A stretch of 23,651 nucleotides of DNA, taken from positions 1 through 23,651 of the forward strand of contig CAXXHA010000022.1 of NCBI GenBank assembly GCA_963662265.2, written 5' to 3'. Position numbers and translations under genes: made by a program. This DNA comes from Spirochaetia bacterium (GTDB taxonomy: Bacteria; Spirochaetota; Spirochaetia; CADAEX01). Each line of letters begins with the position of its first letter. The first letter of the stretch is position 1. Positions 8,342-16,615 of this stretch are shown in pieces. The notes beneath the pieces were generated by a model. The model was given only the letters and a program-made list of their open reading frames with translations, did not search any database and was not told the origin of the DNA.

Positions 8342-9535
8342 TTAATACCTTTCCCTGTCTGCATTAAGCAGGCTGAACAGCTTTTCAGAAGGATTTCTGA
8401 ATTTGCTTAGGAATATCATTGCTGCAATTACATAAGGCTTGTAACCGGCTTCCTTGTACATAGGTACTCTGTAGCGGTCAAAAACTGACGCGGAAACTTC
8501 CCCTTCCCTGCAGCTTACCCCTGTGATATCTGCAGGGAGACAGTGCATATAAAGAGCTGAGCTGTTTTTGGTAGTCTTCATCAGTTCTTCTGTGCATTCC
8601 CAGTCTTTGTGTCCGGCATTCTGTTCAAGCAGTTTTTTCTCAAGAGTTTTTATCCCGCCGAAATCACCATTGCCGTAAAGCTCTGTCCTCTCTTCCATTG
8701 CCCTGAAAGGAGCCCAGCTTTTAGGATATACAATATCAGCATCCCTGAAAGCTTCAGACATGGAGTTTGTTTTCTGAAAGCTGCCGCCGGACGCAGCCGC
8801 ATTTCTTGATGCAATCCCTTCAATTTCCGGCATTACCTCGTACCCTTCGGGATGCGCAAGAGTGACATCCATTCCGAAACGGGTCATAAGACCAATTATT
8901 CCCTGCGGCACTGAAAGAGGCTTACCGTAAGAGGGGGAATATGCCCAGGACATTGCTATTTTTTTACCTTTGAGGTTTTCAACTCCGCCGAAGTGGTTAA
9001 TGAGATGAAGAGCATCAGCCATACTCTGGGTAGGGTGGTCAACATCACACTGCAGATTTACAAGAGTGGGTCTCTGCTCAAGAACACCGTCCCTGTAACC
9101 CTCTTCAACAGCGGCAGATACTTCTTTCATATATGCATGGCCCTTACCGATATACATGTCATCACGTATACCGATTACATCAGCCATAAAGCTTATCATG
9201 TTGGCAGTTTCCCTTACTGTCTCGCCATGAGCTATCTGGGATTTCCCCTCATCAAGATCGCTGACTGTGAGTCCCAGAAGATTACAGGCACTTGCATAAC
9301 TGAAACGGGTCCTTGTGGAGTTGTCACGGAATATGGAAATACCCAGCCCGCTGTCAAATACTTTTGGGGAGATATTGGAACTCCTCATCCCTTTCAAAAT
9401 TTCTGCAACTTTGAAAACAGCTGTAATTTCATCATCAGACTTGTCCCATGTATGTAAAAAGTCATTCAGATACATGTTTTCTGTCTTCAAACATGACAGC
9501 TGTCTGATTACCTGATCGATACCGATTCTATCCAT
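8342..9535 (-). CDS. ygeW: YgeW-type (knotted) carbamoyltransferase
   Basis: FRDNSTRTR, GIRDDMYIG, DHPTQ, WAYSPSYGKPLSVPQG, MHCLPADI; 397 aa; next to carbamate kinase and ygeY. Confidence 0.93.
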   Translation of the reverse strand: MDRIGIDQVIRQLSCLKTENMYLNDFLHTWDKSDDEITAVFKVAEILKGMRSSNISPKVFDSGLGISIFRDNSTRTRFSYASACNLLGLTVSDLDEGKSQIAHGETVRETANMISFMADVIGIRDDMYIGKGHAYMKEVSAAVEEGYRDGVLEQRPTLVNLQCDVDHPTQSMADALHLINHFGGVENLKGKKIAMSWAYSPSYGKPLSVPQGIIGLMTRFGMDVTLAHPEGYEVMPEIEGIASRNAAASGGSFQKTNSMSEAFRDADIVYPKSWAPFRAMEERTELYGNGDFGGIKTLEKKLLEQNAGHKDWECTEELMKTTKNSSALYMHCLPADITGVSCREGEVSASVFDRYRVPMYKEAGYKPYVIAAMIFLSKFRNPSEKLFSLLNADRERY

Positions 9536-9657
9536 AATTCATTCTCCTTTCAAATTCCTGTTCTTGCATAAGTTAGACTGCTCAGGCTGTTTTTCCGAAA
9601 GCAAAGTATGATTTTACTTCAGATTTCCTTGATTATTTTTCATTTTATATTATAGTT

Positions 9658-9685
9658 ATTATAGCATATTCAACTAAATTAGCAA
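9658..9685 (-). promoter_or_regulatory. Putative ygeW promoter (TTGCTA-16-TATAAT with TGn extension)
   Basis: Reverse complement of 9658-9685. Confidence 0.5.
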
Positions 9686-9947
9686 GCATTGTTAAAAAAT
9701 TGTAATAATAAAAAGCTAAAATATTTGTATAAGAAATATGTTTTTTTTGTTATAAATAAAGAGGAGATGACATTATCTGCATGAACAGGGTTTTCAAATA
9801 TCCCCTGCTCCCTTTAAAAGGGACTGCACCATTTTTATTTTCACGATACAATAGAAAATTGCAGACTGTGTCGCTATTTGCAAAATGACTGAATTCAGGT
9901 TATAAAAAAAACAGTTTTCTGATGTCCAGTAACATAAGGAGAATCAC

Positions 9948-10574
9948 ATGTCAAGTCAGCTACTTAAAACTTATATTCCATTGATAACAGCAATCGGTAA
10001 AACCATAGGAATTGGAGAAATTATTCTTTATGACTTTACCGTGGATCCTCCTTCAATTATCGCCAAGGAGGGGGGAATTACAGGCAGGGAACCGGGAACA
10101 CCGGCATCCCAGTATCTTCTTGACATGGTAAAGGAAATGCAGGAGGAAAATGAGACTATAAAGCTGAATTATGAGGCTACTACAAAATCGGGTAAGCCGC
10201 TTAAATCAACAACTCTCATTATAAGCAACCAGGATGAGGAAGTTGAAGGTGTTCTCAGTCTCAACATAGATATGAGTGCTGTAAATGTGATGGAGCACTT
10301 CATAAATCAGCTGGCAGGCACAGAAAAGGTTAATTCCCAGGATGAGATGCCGCAGAACACACAGGAATTTCTCAGCATCATGATACAGAAGGGGATAGAA
10401 AGCATTACAAAGCCACTGTGTTATTTTGACAAGAAGGACAATATTGAGGTTGTCCGTTTCCTCAACAACCATCATGTATTCACAATCAAGGGGGCAACAG
10501 ATACCCTTGCAAGAGAACTCAATGTTTCACGATATACAATCTACAACTATATAGAAGAAGTAAGAAACAAATAG
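9948..10574 (+). CDS. YheO/DauR-like PAS + HTH transcriptional regulator
   Basis: EIILYDF...ITGREPG...LKSTT...LSLNID (YheO-like PAS) and C-terminal VFTIKGA...LNVSRYTIYNYI (HTH); SD AAGGAG. Confidence 0.88.
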   Translation: MSSQLLKTYIPLITAIGKTIGIGEIILYDFTVDPPSIIAKEGGITGREPGTPASQYLLDMVKEMQEENETIKLNYEATTKSGKPLKSTTLIISNQDEEVEGVLSLNIDMSAVNVMEHFINQLAGTEKVNSQDEMPQNTQEFLSIMIQKGIESITKPLCYFDKKDNIEVVRFLNNHHVFTIKGATDTLARELNVSRYTIYNYIEEVRNK

Positions 10575-10582
10575 AATTTAAA

Positions 10583-10611
10583 ACCGCTTCAGAATTATCT
10601 CCTGAAGCGGT
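10583..10611. terminator. Stem-loop terminator between the convergent yheO-like gene and ygeY
   Basis: ACCGCTTCAG-N9-CTGAAGCGGT with A/T-rich flanks. Confidence 0.7.
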
Positions 10612-10632
10612 AAATATTATCAATATTGAAAA

Positions 10633-11835
10633 CTAAAGCTTATAGGCAAGCAGTGCATAGAAACTGCTGCAGATTACAAGATCCTCAACCCTGTTTTTCT
10701 CATTGGGAGCATGCGCCTCTTTTTCATCACCAGGTCCGAAACCTATGCACGGAATCTTGTGCCTTCCGCATATGGCAACACAGTTTGTGGAAAAGGTCCA
10801 CTTGTCAACCACAGGCTTCTTGCCGAAGAGCTCGGTATGCGCAGTAACGCCTGCCTGGACAAGGGGATGGTCCTCATCAATCTTCCATGTCGGGAAGTAG
10901 AGTTCCTGTGAGTAGTCAGCTTTTTTCCAGCCCTTTTTTGCATAATCAGGCATTGTCACTGATTCAACATCCTCGCCGAGAGCATCTTTCATATACTGCT
11001 TTACCTGGTTTATTGCCAGTTCCGCATCCTCACCCCATGTAAGCCGCCTGTCAAGATAGAGCATTGCCTGATCCGGAACAGCACACTGTGAAGGACCCTT
11101 GACCTGCATTTCAGAAACCACGATTGTACCCTTGCCCAGAAAATTATCATCATCCGGCTGTAAATCTTCACAAAGCTTCTCCATTGCAAGGGCAGCACGG
11201 GATGCTTTGTAGGCAGCACTCACACCCCTGTCGGGAGCTGATCCATGGCTGGAAACTCCCCTTATTCTTGCAACCATCTCCATTCTACCACGGTGTCCCC
11301 GGTAAAGACGGCAGCTGGTAGGCTCTGTAGAGACAGCATAATCAGGAATCAGTTTTTCCTCTTCAATGAGGTATTTCCAGCACATACCGTCACAGTCTTC
11401 CTCCATGACAGTAAATGTGAAGTAAATTGAATAATCTCCGTCATACCCGAGTTCCTTCAGAATACGCCCTGCTGTTATCATTGAAGCAGCACCACCCTTC
11501 TGATCGGAGGAACCCCGGCCCCATACATATGTATCATCAATTTCACCTGAAAACGGGTCTCTTTCCCATGCATCAGGATCGCCAACTGTCACAGTATCTA
11601 TATGGGCATCAAAAGCAAGGATTTTTTTGCCGTACCCTATCCTGCCCACAACACTGCCGAGGCCGTCAATCCTGACTTCGTCAAAGCCGGCCTCTTCACA
11701 CATCTTTACTATTGCCCGGCAGACATTTTCCTCTTCGCTGCTGTATGATTTTATTTTAACCATTTCTGAAAGCAGCTGGGCAGTGTATTTCCTGTAGCTT
11801 TCAGCTTTTTCCCTGATATCTTTTTCAATTCCCAT
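10633..11835 (-). CDS. ygeY: YgeY-family M20 metallo-amidohydrolase
   Basis: FDAHIDTV, GRGSSDQKGG, TVMEEDCDG, YRGHRGRME, KWTFSTN, GFGPGDEKEAHAPNE. Confidence 0.92.
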   Translation of the reverse strand: MGIEKDIREKAESYRKYTAQLLSEMVKIKSYSSEEENVCRAIVKMCEEAGFDEVRIDGLGSVVGRIGYGKKILAFDAHIDTVTVGDPDAWERDPFSGEIDDTYVWGRGSSDQKGGAASMITAGRILKELGYDGDYSIYFTFTVMEEDCDGMCWKYLIEEEKLIPDYAVSTEPTSCRLYRGHRGRMEMVARIRGVSSHGSAPDRGVSAAYKASRAALAMEKLCEDLQPDDDNFLGKGTIVVSEMQVKGPSQCAVPDQAMLYLDRRLTWGEDAELAINQVKQYMKDALGEDVESVTMPDYAKKGWKKADYSQELYFPTWKIDEDHPLVQAGVTAHTELFGKKPVVDKWTFSTNCVAICGRHKIPCIGFGPGDEKEAHAPNEKNRVEDLVICSSFYALLAYKL

Positions 11836-11850
11836 AGATTTATCCCCCGA

Positions 11851-13311
11851 TTAACTCCTGTCAATCATATTATTGAATTCACTGATCATCTCGTCAAACT
11901 TGTCTGCAAGTTCAAAAGTCCCGTTCCAGTAGCTGTCATGATCGTACCACTGTGCGTTGAGCTCGCTTAATTCCTTGCCCTGCTGTTCAATCCATGTGAA
12001 ATATTTAAGATTGTGAACTGCTTTCCTGTCATAGTATGTCAGCTCTTTGAAATTATCATATGTCTGTCCAAGCATAAGCTCCATGTCTCTTTCAGCCTGG
12101 CCGGAAGTATATACACCTCTTTCACCGGCAAGCTCTGCTACACGGGATCCGTAAAGCTGCATAGAGTCGGTTGCTATGGTAACCACATAATCGTTTTCTG
12201 TAAGCTCGTTGTATTTTGCGAATTTTATCGCGGCAAGTACATTTGCAACACCTGAAATACCGAGAAGATCAAGCTGATCTGTCAGTTCAGATGATACTCC
12301 TGATGAGTTGAGGACTTCCCTTCCCACAGGTTCGTTGAAGAGCCTTATGAGCCTCATAGGATCTTCATCATCGACAGCGCATATAAAGTCTGTATCCTTG
12401 CAGTCATGCACCCATGGAACATGCTTATCCCCGATTCCCTCTATCCTGTGACCTCCAAAACCGTTCTGGAGAAGTGTCGGACATTGGAGAGCTTCAGCTG
12501 CCACAACTTTTGTACCCGGGAATTTCTTCTTGAGATAATAGCCTGCGCCGAGAGTTCCCCCTGATCCTGATGAAGAAACATAACCAGCCATTTTTTCACC
12601 CGGTTTCATGTAATATGAGAGTACTTCTTCAACAGAAGAGCCTGTTACCTGGTAATGCCAGAGAGGATTTCCGAGTTCATCAAACTGGTTGAATATCTTG
12701 AGGTCTTCGCCCGAATTCCTGAGTTCCCAGCACTTGTCAAAGATTTCCTTTACATTAGATTCGCAGCCCGGAGTTGCAATCACCTCGCCTGCAACTGTCT
12801 TGAGCCAGTCAAACCTCTCCTGTGACATTTCTTCAGGAAGAATTGCAATAGCATTGCAGGCAAGAAGACTTGATATATAAGCACCGCCCCTGCAGTAGTT
12901 GCCTGTTGAAGGCCATACAGCCTTTGTTGTCTGGGGATTAAACTGTCCTGTTATAAGCCTGGGAGCAAGACAGCCGTATGTAGCTCCTACTTTATGAGCA
13001 CCTGTCGGGAACCACTTACCTGTGAGTGCTATGATTTTTGCCTTTGTTCCGGTAAGCTCAGGAGGAAGAAGAAGATGGTTTACTTTACCGTATAACCCGC
13101 CCTTTTCTTTCGGCTCATTCTTCCAGGTAATCCTGAAAAGGTTGACAGGATCTATATCCCAGAGTCCTGTATTTTTCAGTTTATCCTTAATATCTCCCGG
13201 TACAAGGTCAGGATTTTTCATCATCGCGAATGTGGGCAGTTTTATCCCTTTGCTTTTACAGTAAGCAGCATTCTGTTTCCTGATTTCATTGTTTACATTC
13301 AAATCTATCAT
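11851..13311 (-). CDS. Fold-type II (tryptophan synthase beta-like) PLP-dependent enzyme, long 486-aa subtype, function unassigned
   Basis: PLP lysine motif FPTGAHKVGA, PSTGNYCRGGA, SSSGSGGT phosphate loop, HRIEGIGDKH; 15 nt upstream of ygeY. Confidence 0.82.
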   Translation of the reverse strand: MIDLNVNNEIRKQNAAYCKSKGIKLPTFAMMKNPDLVPGDIKDKLKNTGLWDIDPVNLFRITWKNEPKEKGGLYGKVNHLLLPPELTGTKAKIIALTGKWFPTGAHKVGATYGCLAPRLITGQFNPQTTKAVWPSTGNYCRGGAYISSLLACNAIAILPEEMSQERFDWLKTVAGEVIATPGCESNVKEIFDKCWELRNSGEDLKIFNQFDELGNPLWHYQVTGSSVEEVLSYYMKPGEKMAGYVSSSGSGGTLGAGYYLKKKFPGTKVVAAEALQCPTLLQNGFGGHRIEGIGDKHVPWVHDCKDTDFICAVDDEDPMRLIRLFNEPVGREVLNSSGVSSELTDQLDLLGISGVANVLAAIKFAKYNELTENDYVVTIATDSMQLYGSRVAELAGERGVYTSGQAERDMELMLGQTYDNFKELTYYDRKAVHNLKYFTWIEQQGKELSELNAQWYDHDSYWNGTFELADKFDEMISEFNNMIDRS

Positions 13312-13403
13312 TCTTACTCTCCTATAACATGATAAAAAAACAAATATTTATTATCCAAAAAATTTTATACAGTTAATATCCATAACATGGAAAATAATTT
13401 CAG

Positions 13404-14585
13404 TTATTCAATATCAGCAATCGAAGATATTGATTTTTCAGGCATTGAAATACCCTTCATTGCGGAAGCTGTATCTTTCAGACCGCTGCCGGTTGTAAGA
13501 ACAACAACTTTTTCATCTCTTTTTATTTCGCTTTTAATCTTTGTAAGTCCTGCCCAGGATGCGGCTCCTGCAGGTTCAGTAAACAGGCCTGATTTTTCTG
13601 AAAGATTGAATTGAGCTTTTATTATTTCATCATCACTTACTGTTATCACTTCCCCGCCGTATTGCTTGAGGTATTTAAGAGCCGTCCATCCGTTCCTGGG
13701 GATATCAACAGATATGGAATCTGCAACAGTAGCGCTTCCCCGGTTATCATATTCACCTGTCTTCATTGCCCTGTAAATAGCACTGCTTCCTTCTGCCTGT
13801 ACAGCTGTAATCCTAGGCATCCTGTCGCATGCACCCAGTGCAATAAGATCCTGAAAGCCCTTATAGACTCCCCCGAGTATGCACCCGTCCCCGGCTGCGA
13901 GTATAATCCGGTCAGGAACATTAAAATCAAGGTCCCTGAATATCTCAAGAGAAACAGTCTTTTTCCCTTCCATTGTCATGGGGTTCCATGCAGTATTACG
14001 GTTCATTCCCCCTTTGACTTTCGAATATTCAAGAGACAACTCGTAAGCCATGTCGTAATTGCCTTTTACCTTGTATAAGGTTGCCCCGTACTGAAGAGCC
14101 TGTATCATCTTTGCAGGAGGCGCTGATTCGGGGAGAAAAAGGACAATATTCTGCCCTGCTGATGCTCCGACTCCCGACATTGAGGAACCTGCATTACCGG
14201 TTGAGGCAAGCACTATTGTATCGATCCCGCTTTTTGCAGCAAAGGCTGATACCAGGGCGGAAGCCCTGTCTTTAAATGAGCCTGTCGGATTGCTGCTGTC
14301 ATCCTTAATATACAGATAAGGAAGGTCAAGTTCCTTCTGTAACCGGACAGGTTTCCAGAGAGGAGTATTTCCCCATGGAAGAGGGGGAAAATATTTCTGC
14401 TCTACAGGGAGAAGGTCGAGTATGGAATCCTTATCAGCTTTCCATTTTCCATCAAGCTGCACCTCTAGAACACCGACAAGAGGTTCTTCGGGATTCTGAT
14501 GTCTGCTGCATTCAGGGCATGTATAAAGTTCCGGTGAAATATCATATTCTTTTCCGCATTTTACACATTTATAGTTAAACAGCAT
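13404..14585 (-). CDS. Threonine-synthase-like PLP enzyme with N-terminal Zn ribbon (probably not a true ThrC)
   Basis: CVKC...CPEC, NPTGSFKDR, ASTGNAG, EGKKT, EPAGAA, TGSGLKD. Confidence 0.85.
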   Translation of the reverse strand: MLFNYKCVKCGKEYDISPELYTCPECSRHQNPEEPLVGVLEVQLDGKWKADKDSILDLLPVEQKYFPPLPWGNTPLWKPVRLQKELDLPYLYIKDDSSNPTGSFKDRASALVSAFAAKSGIDTIVLASTGNAGSSMSGVGASAGQNIVLFLPESAPPAKMIQALQYGATLYKVKGNYDMAYELSLEYSKVKGGMNRNTAWNPMTMEGKKTVSLEIFRDLDFNVPDRIILAAGDGCILGGVYKGFQDLIALGACDRMPRITAVQAEGSSAIYRAMKTGEYDNRGSATVADSISVDIPRNGWTALKYLKQYGGEVITVSDDEIIKAQFNLSEKSGLFTEPAGAASWAGLTKIKSEIKRDEKVVVLTTGSGLKDTASAMKGISMPEKSISSIADIE

Positions 14586-14690
14586 CAGCCTCTCCTTTGA
14601 ATTACAGTTAAAACAGGATTATTTTTAATATTCGTATAAATATATTGTAACAGATTTTATCAGGAGGTAAAGAGTTTATTGCCAATTTTT

Positions 14691-14705
14691 TTGTAATATT
14701 TACAA
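14691..14705. promoter_or_regulatory. TTGTAA-N3-TTACAA palindrome in the divergent intergenic region
   Basis: Read directly; further TTGTAA half-sites at 14645, 14855 and 14864. Confidence 0.4.
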
Positions 14706-14887
14706 TTTTGTCACAAGTGTTATTATTTTTTAAGTATAAATATCAATTATCTGGCAAATATTTCAGCCATAATATAGAAAGAATTACAGTTAATTAAATT
14801 TATTCAGGTTTAAGACTGCTTTATTTCGCTATTAAGTACCTATTTCTTAAAATTTTGTAACATTTGTAATATTTTTTGAAATATTAT

Positions 14888-14916
14888 TTGACGTATGGGA
14901 TTCTTCATTGTAGCAT
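14888..14916 (+). promoter_or_regulatory. Putative sigma70 promoter of the TRAP operon (TTGACG-17-TAGCAT)
   Basis: Consensus-like -35 and 17-nt spacer, about 37 nt before the dctP ATG (SD AAGGAG). Confidence 0.55.
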
Positions 14917-14953
14917 AATTAAATAGGAATATTTTATAAAAAAAGGAGAATAC

Positions 14954-15997
14954 ATGAAAAAGAAATTGTTAAAATCGCTGATTATAGCGTTCATTTTTGC
15001 AGTTTTCACAAGTAATTTAAGTGCCCAGGAAATTACCATCAAGCTTGCTCACCTCAATGCTCAGCAGCCTTTTGATATTCCGTCTGCAGCAATGGCAGCG
15101 GCATTTAAATCAGCTGTAGAAGCAAATTCAAACGGAGAAATAAAAGTTGATCTTTTTGCAAGCGGGGTGCTTGGTAAAGAAAGAGAAACAATGGTTCAGG
15201 TAAAAAGCGGTGTTGTTCACTCTTACATCGCATCAACCGGAGGATTATCAACTTTTTACCCAATGATCGACATTACAAATATGCCTTTTGTATTTTCCAG
15301 CTATAATGTCGGTTATGAAGTATATGACGGGGATTTCGGAAAGGAATTTGCTGCAGATATTGAGAAAAAAGCAGGATTCCATGTTCTCGGTTTCGGTGAA
15401 TCCGGAGGTTTTTTCGCTATTACAAATTCAAAAAGACCTATCAAGTCACCAAGAGACATGAAAGGTGTTAAAATCAGAACAATGACTGTTCCGCTTCATA
15501 TGGAAATTATAAAATCTCTCGGCGGATCTCCTACACCAATTGCATGGTCAGAAGTATACACATCACTTCAGACAGGTGTTGTTGACGGCCAGATGAATCC
15601 TGTATCAATTATCAACATGGCGAAATTCTATGAAGTTCAGAAATATGTGACTTTAACCAACCATATATATGCACCTTATATCTGGGTCATGAATCCTAAA
15701 TTCTACAACAATCTTTCTGCAAAACATAAAGCTATTATTGATGATGCTGCAAAAACAGCAGTCCTTGCAAACAGGGGTTTGAGCAGAATCATAGATTCAT
15801 CAGACAAGGGTCTTCCAGTTCTTCAGAAGAACATGGATGTATATGTACCTACTTCAGCAGAAATGAAACAGTTCAAAGATGCTACTATTCCGGCTGCAAC
15901 AAAATTTCTTGAAAAGAAATACGGCAAAGAGGGGAAAAAATGGATTGATAAATTCCTCAAAGCTATAGAAGCAGCTGAAAGAAAACTGTCACGCTAA
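14954..15997 (+). CDS. dctP: TRAP transporter substrate-binding protein (DctP family)
   Basis: Signal peptide MKKKLLKS...LSA, DMKGVKIRTM (conserved Arg), EVYTSLQTGVVDGQMNP, LTNH. Confidence 0.93.
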   Translation: MKKKLLKSLIIAFIFAVFTSNLSAQEITIKLAHLNAQQPFDIPSAAMAAAFKSAVEANSNGEIKVDLFASGVLGKERETMVQVKSGVVHSYIASTGGLSTFYPMIDITNMPFVFSSYNVGYEVYDGDFGKEFAADIEKKAGFHVLGFGESGGFFAITNSKRPIKSPRDMKGVKIRTMTVPLHMEIIKSLGGSPTPIAWSEVYTSLQTGVVDGQMNPVSIINMAKFYEVQKYVTLTNHIYAPYIWVMNPKFYNNLSAKHKAIIDDAAKTAVLANRGLSRIIDSSDKGLPVLQKNMDVYVPTSAEMKQFKDATIPAATKFLEKKYGKEGKKWIDKFLKAIEAAERKLSR

Positions 15998-16017
15998 TCT
16001 ACTACCATGATTTATAC

Positions 16018-16051
16018 ACAGGAGCATTCTTTCAGAATGCTCCTGTTTTTT
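16018..16051 (+). terminator. Stem-loop plus U-tract between dctP and dctQ (partial terminator or stabiliser)
   Basis: ACAGGAGCATTCT-ttc-AGAATGCTCCTGT followed by T5. Confidence 0.75.
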
Positions 16052-16062
16052 AGGACACATTT

Positions 16063-16599
16063 ATGGAAACAAAAGATAAAGGATTTATGGATCTGATAAA
16101 AAAACTATCAAATTTAATAAACATTGTTGTATCACAGCTATGCCTATACACCATGGCAAGTATGACAATAGTAGTACTGCTGGGTGTTTTCTTCAGGTAT
16201 ATTGTAAGACTTCCCTTAAGCTGGAGCGAGGAACTTTCCCGTTACCTTATGATCTGGAGCGCATCACTTGCAATAAGTATCGGGATCAAGGAAAAAGGAC
16301 ATGTCGGCCTGACAATTATCATGGACAGACTTAAATCAAGAATTTTCAAGTCTGTACTGGAAACACTGGTTTTTCTTATTACTGCGGTTTTTTTATTTGT
16401 AATGATAAAATATTCAATTCAGATGGTAATAGAAGCAAAATGGCAGTATTCCCAGGGACTCGGCATAACAATGGTGCTTCCAACCCTTGCAATTCCTGTA
16501 TCCATGGTAATAGGGATTATTCAGCTGGTTCTCCGCTACATACAGGATATGTGCAGACCTGAGGAATCAGAAACAGAAAAAGAAATTATTGATATCTAA
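16063..16599 (+). CDS. dctQ: TRAP transporter small permease
   Basis: VFFRY...WSEELSRYLMIW...GHV, about 4 TM segments. Confidence 0.92.
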   Translation: METKDKGFMDLIKKLSNLINIVVSQLCLYTMASMTIVVLLGVFFRYIVRLPLSWSEELSRYLMIWSASLAISIGIKEKGHVGLTIIMDRLKSRIFKSVLETLVFLITAVFLFVMIKYSIQMVIEAKWQYSQGLGITMVLPTLAIPVSMVIGIIQLVLRYIQDMCRPEESETEKEIIDI

Positions 16600-16615
16600 T
16601 TTTTAGGATTTTATT

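Noticed and set aside
7255-9535. Arginine deiminase pathway (arcB-arcC)
   Set aside because: The transferase has YgeW-specific motifs rather than ornithine transcarbamylase ones, and no arcA or arcD is present.
13404-14585. Housekeeping thrC assignment
   Set aside because: No thrA/hom/thrB context, the substrate-phosphate Arg motif is missing, and the gene is operonic with ygeY; the symbol was withheld.
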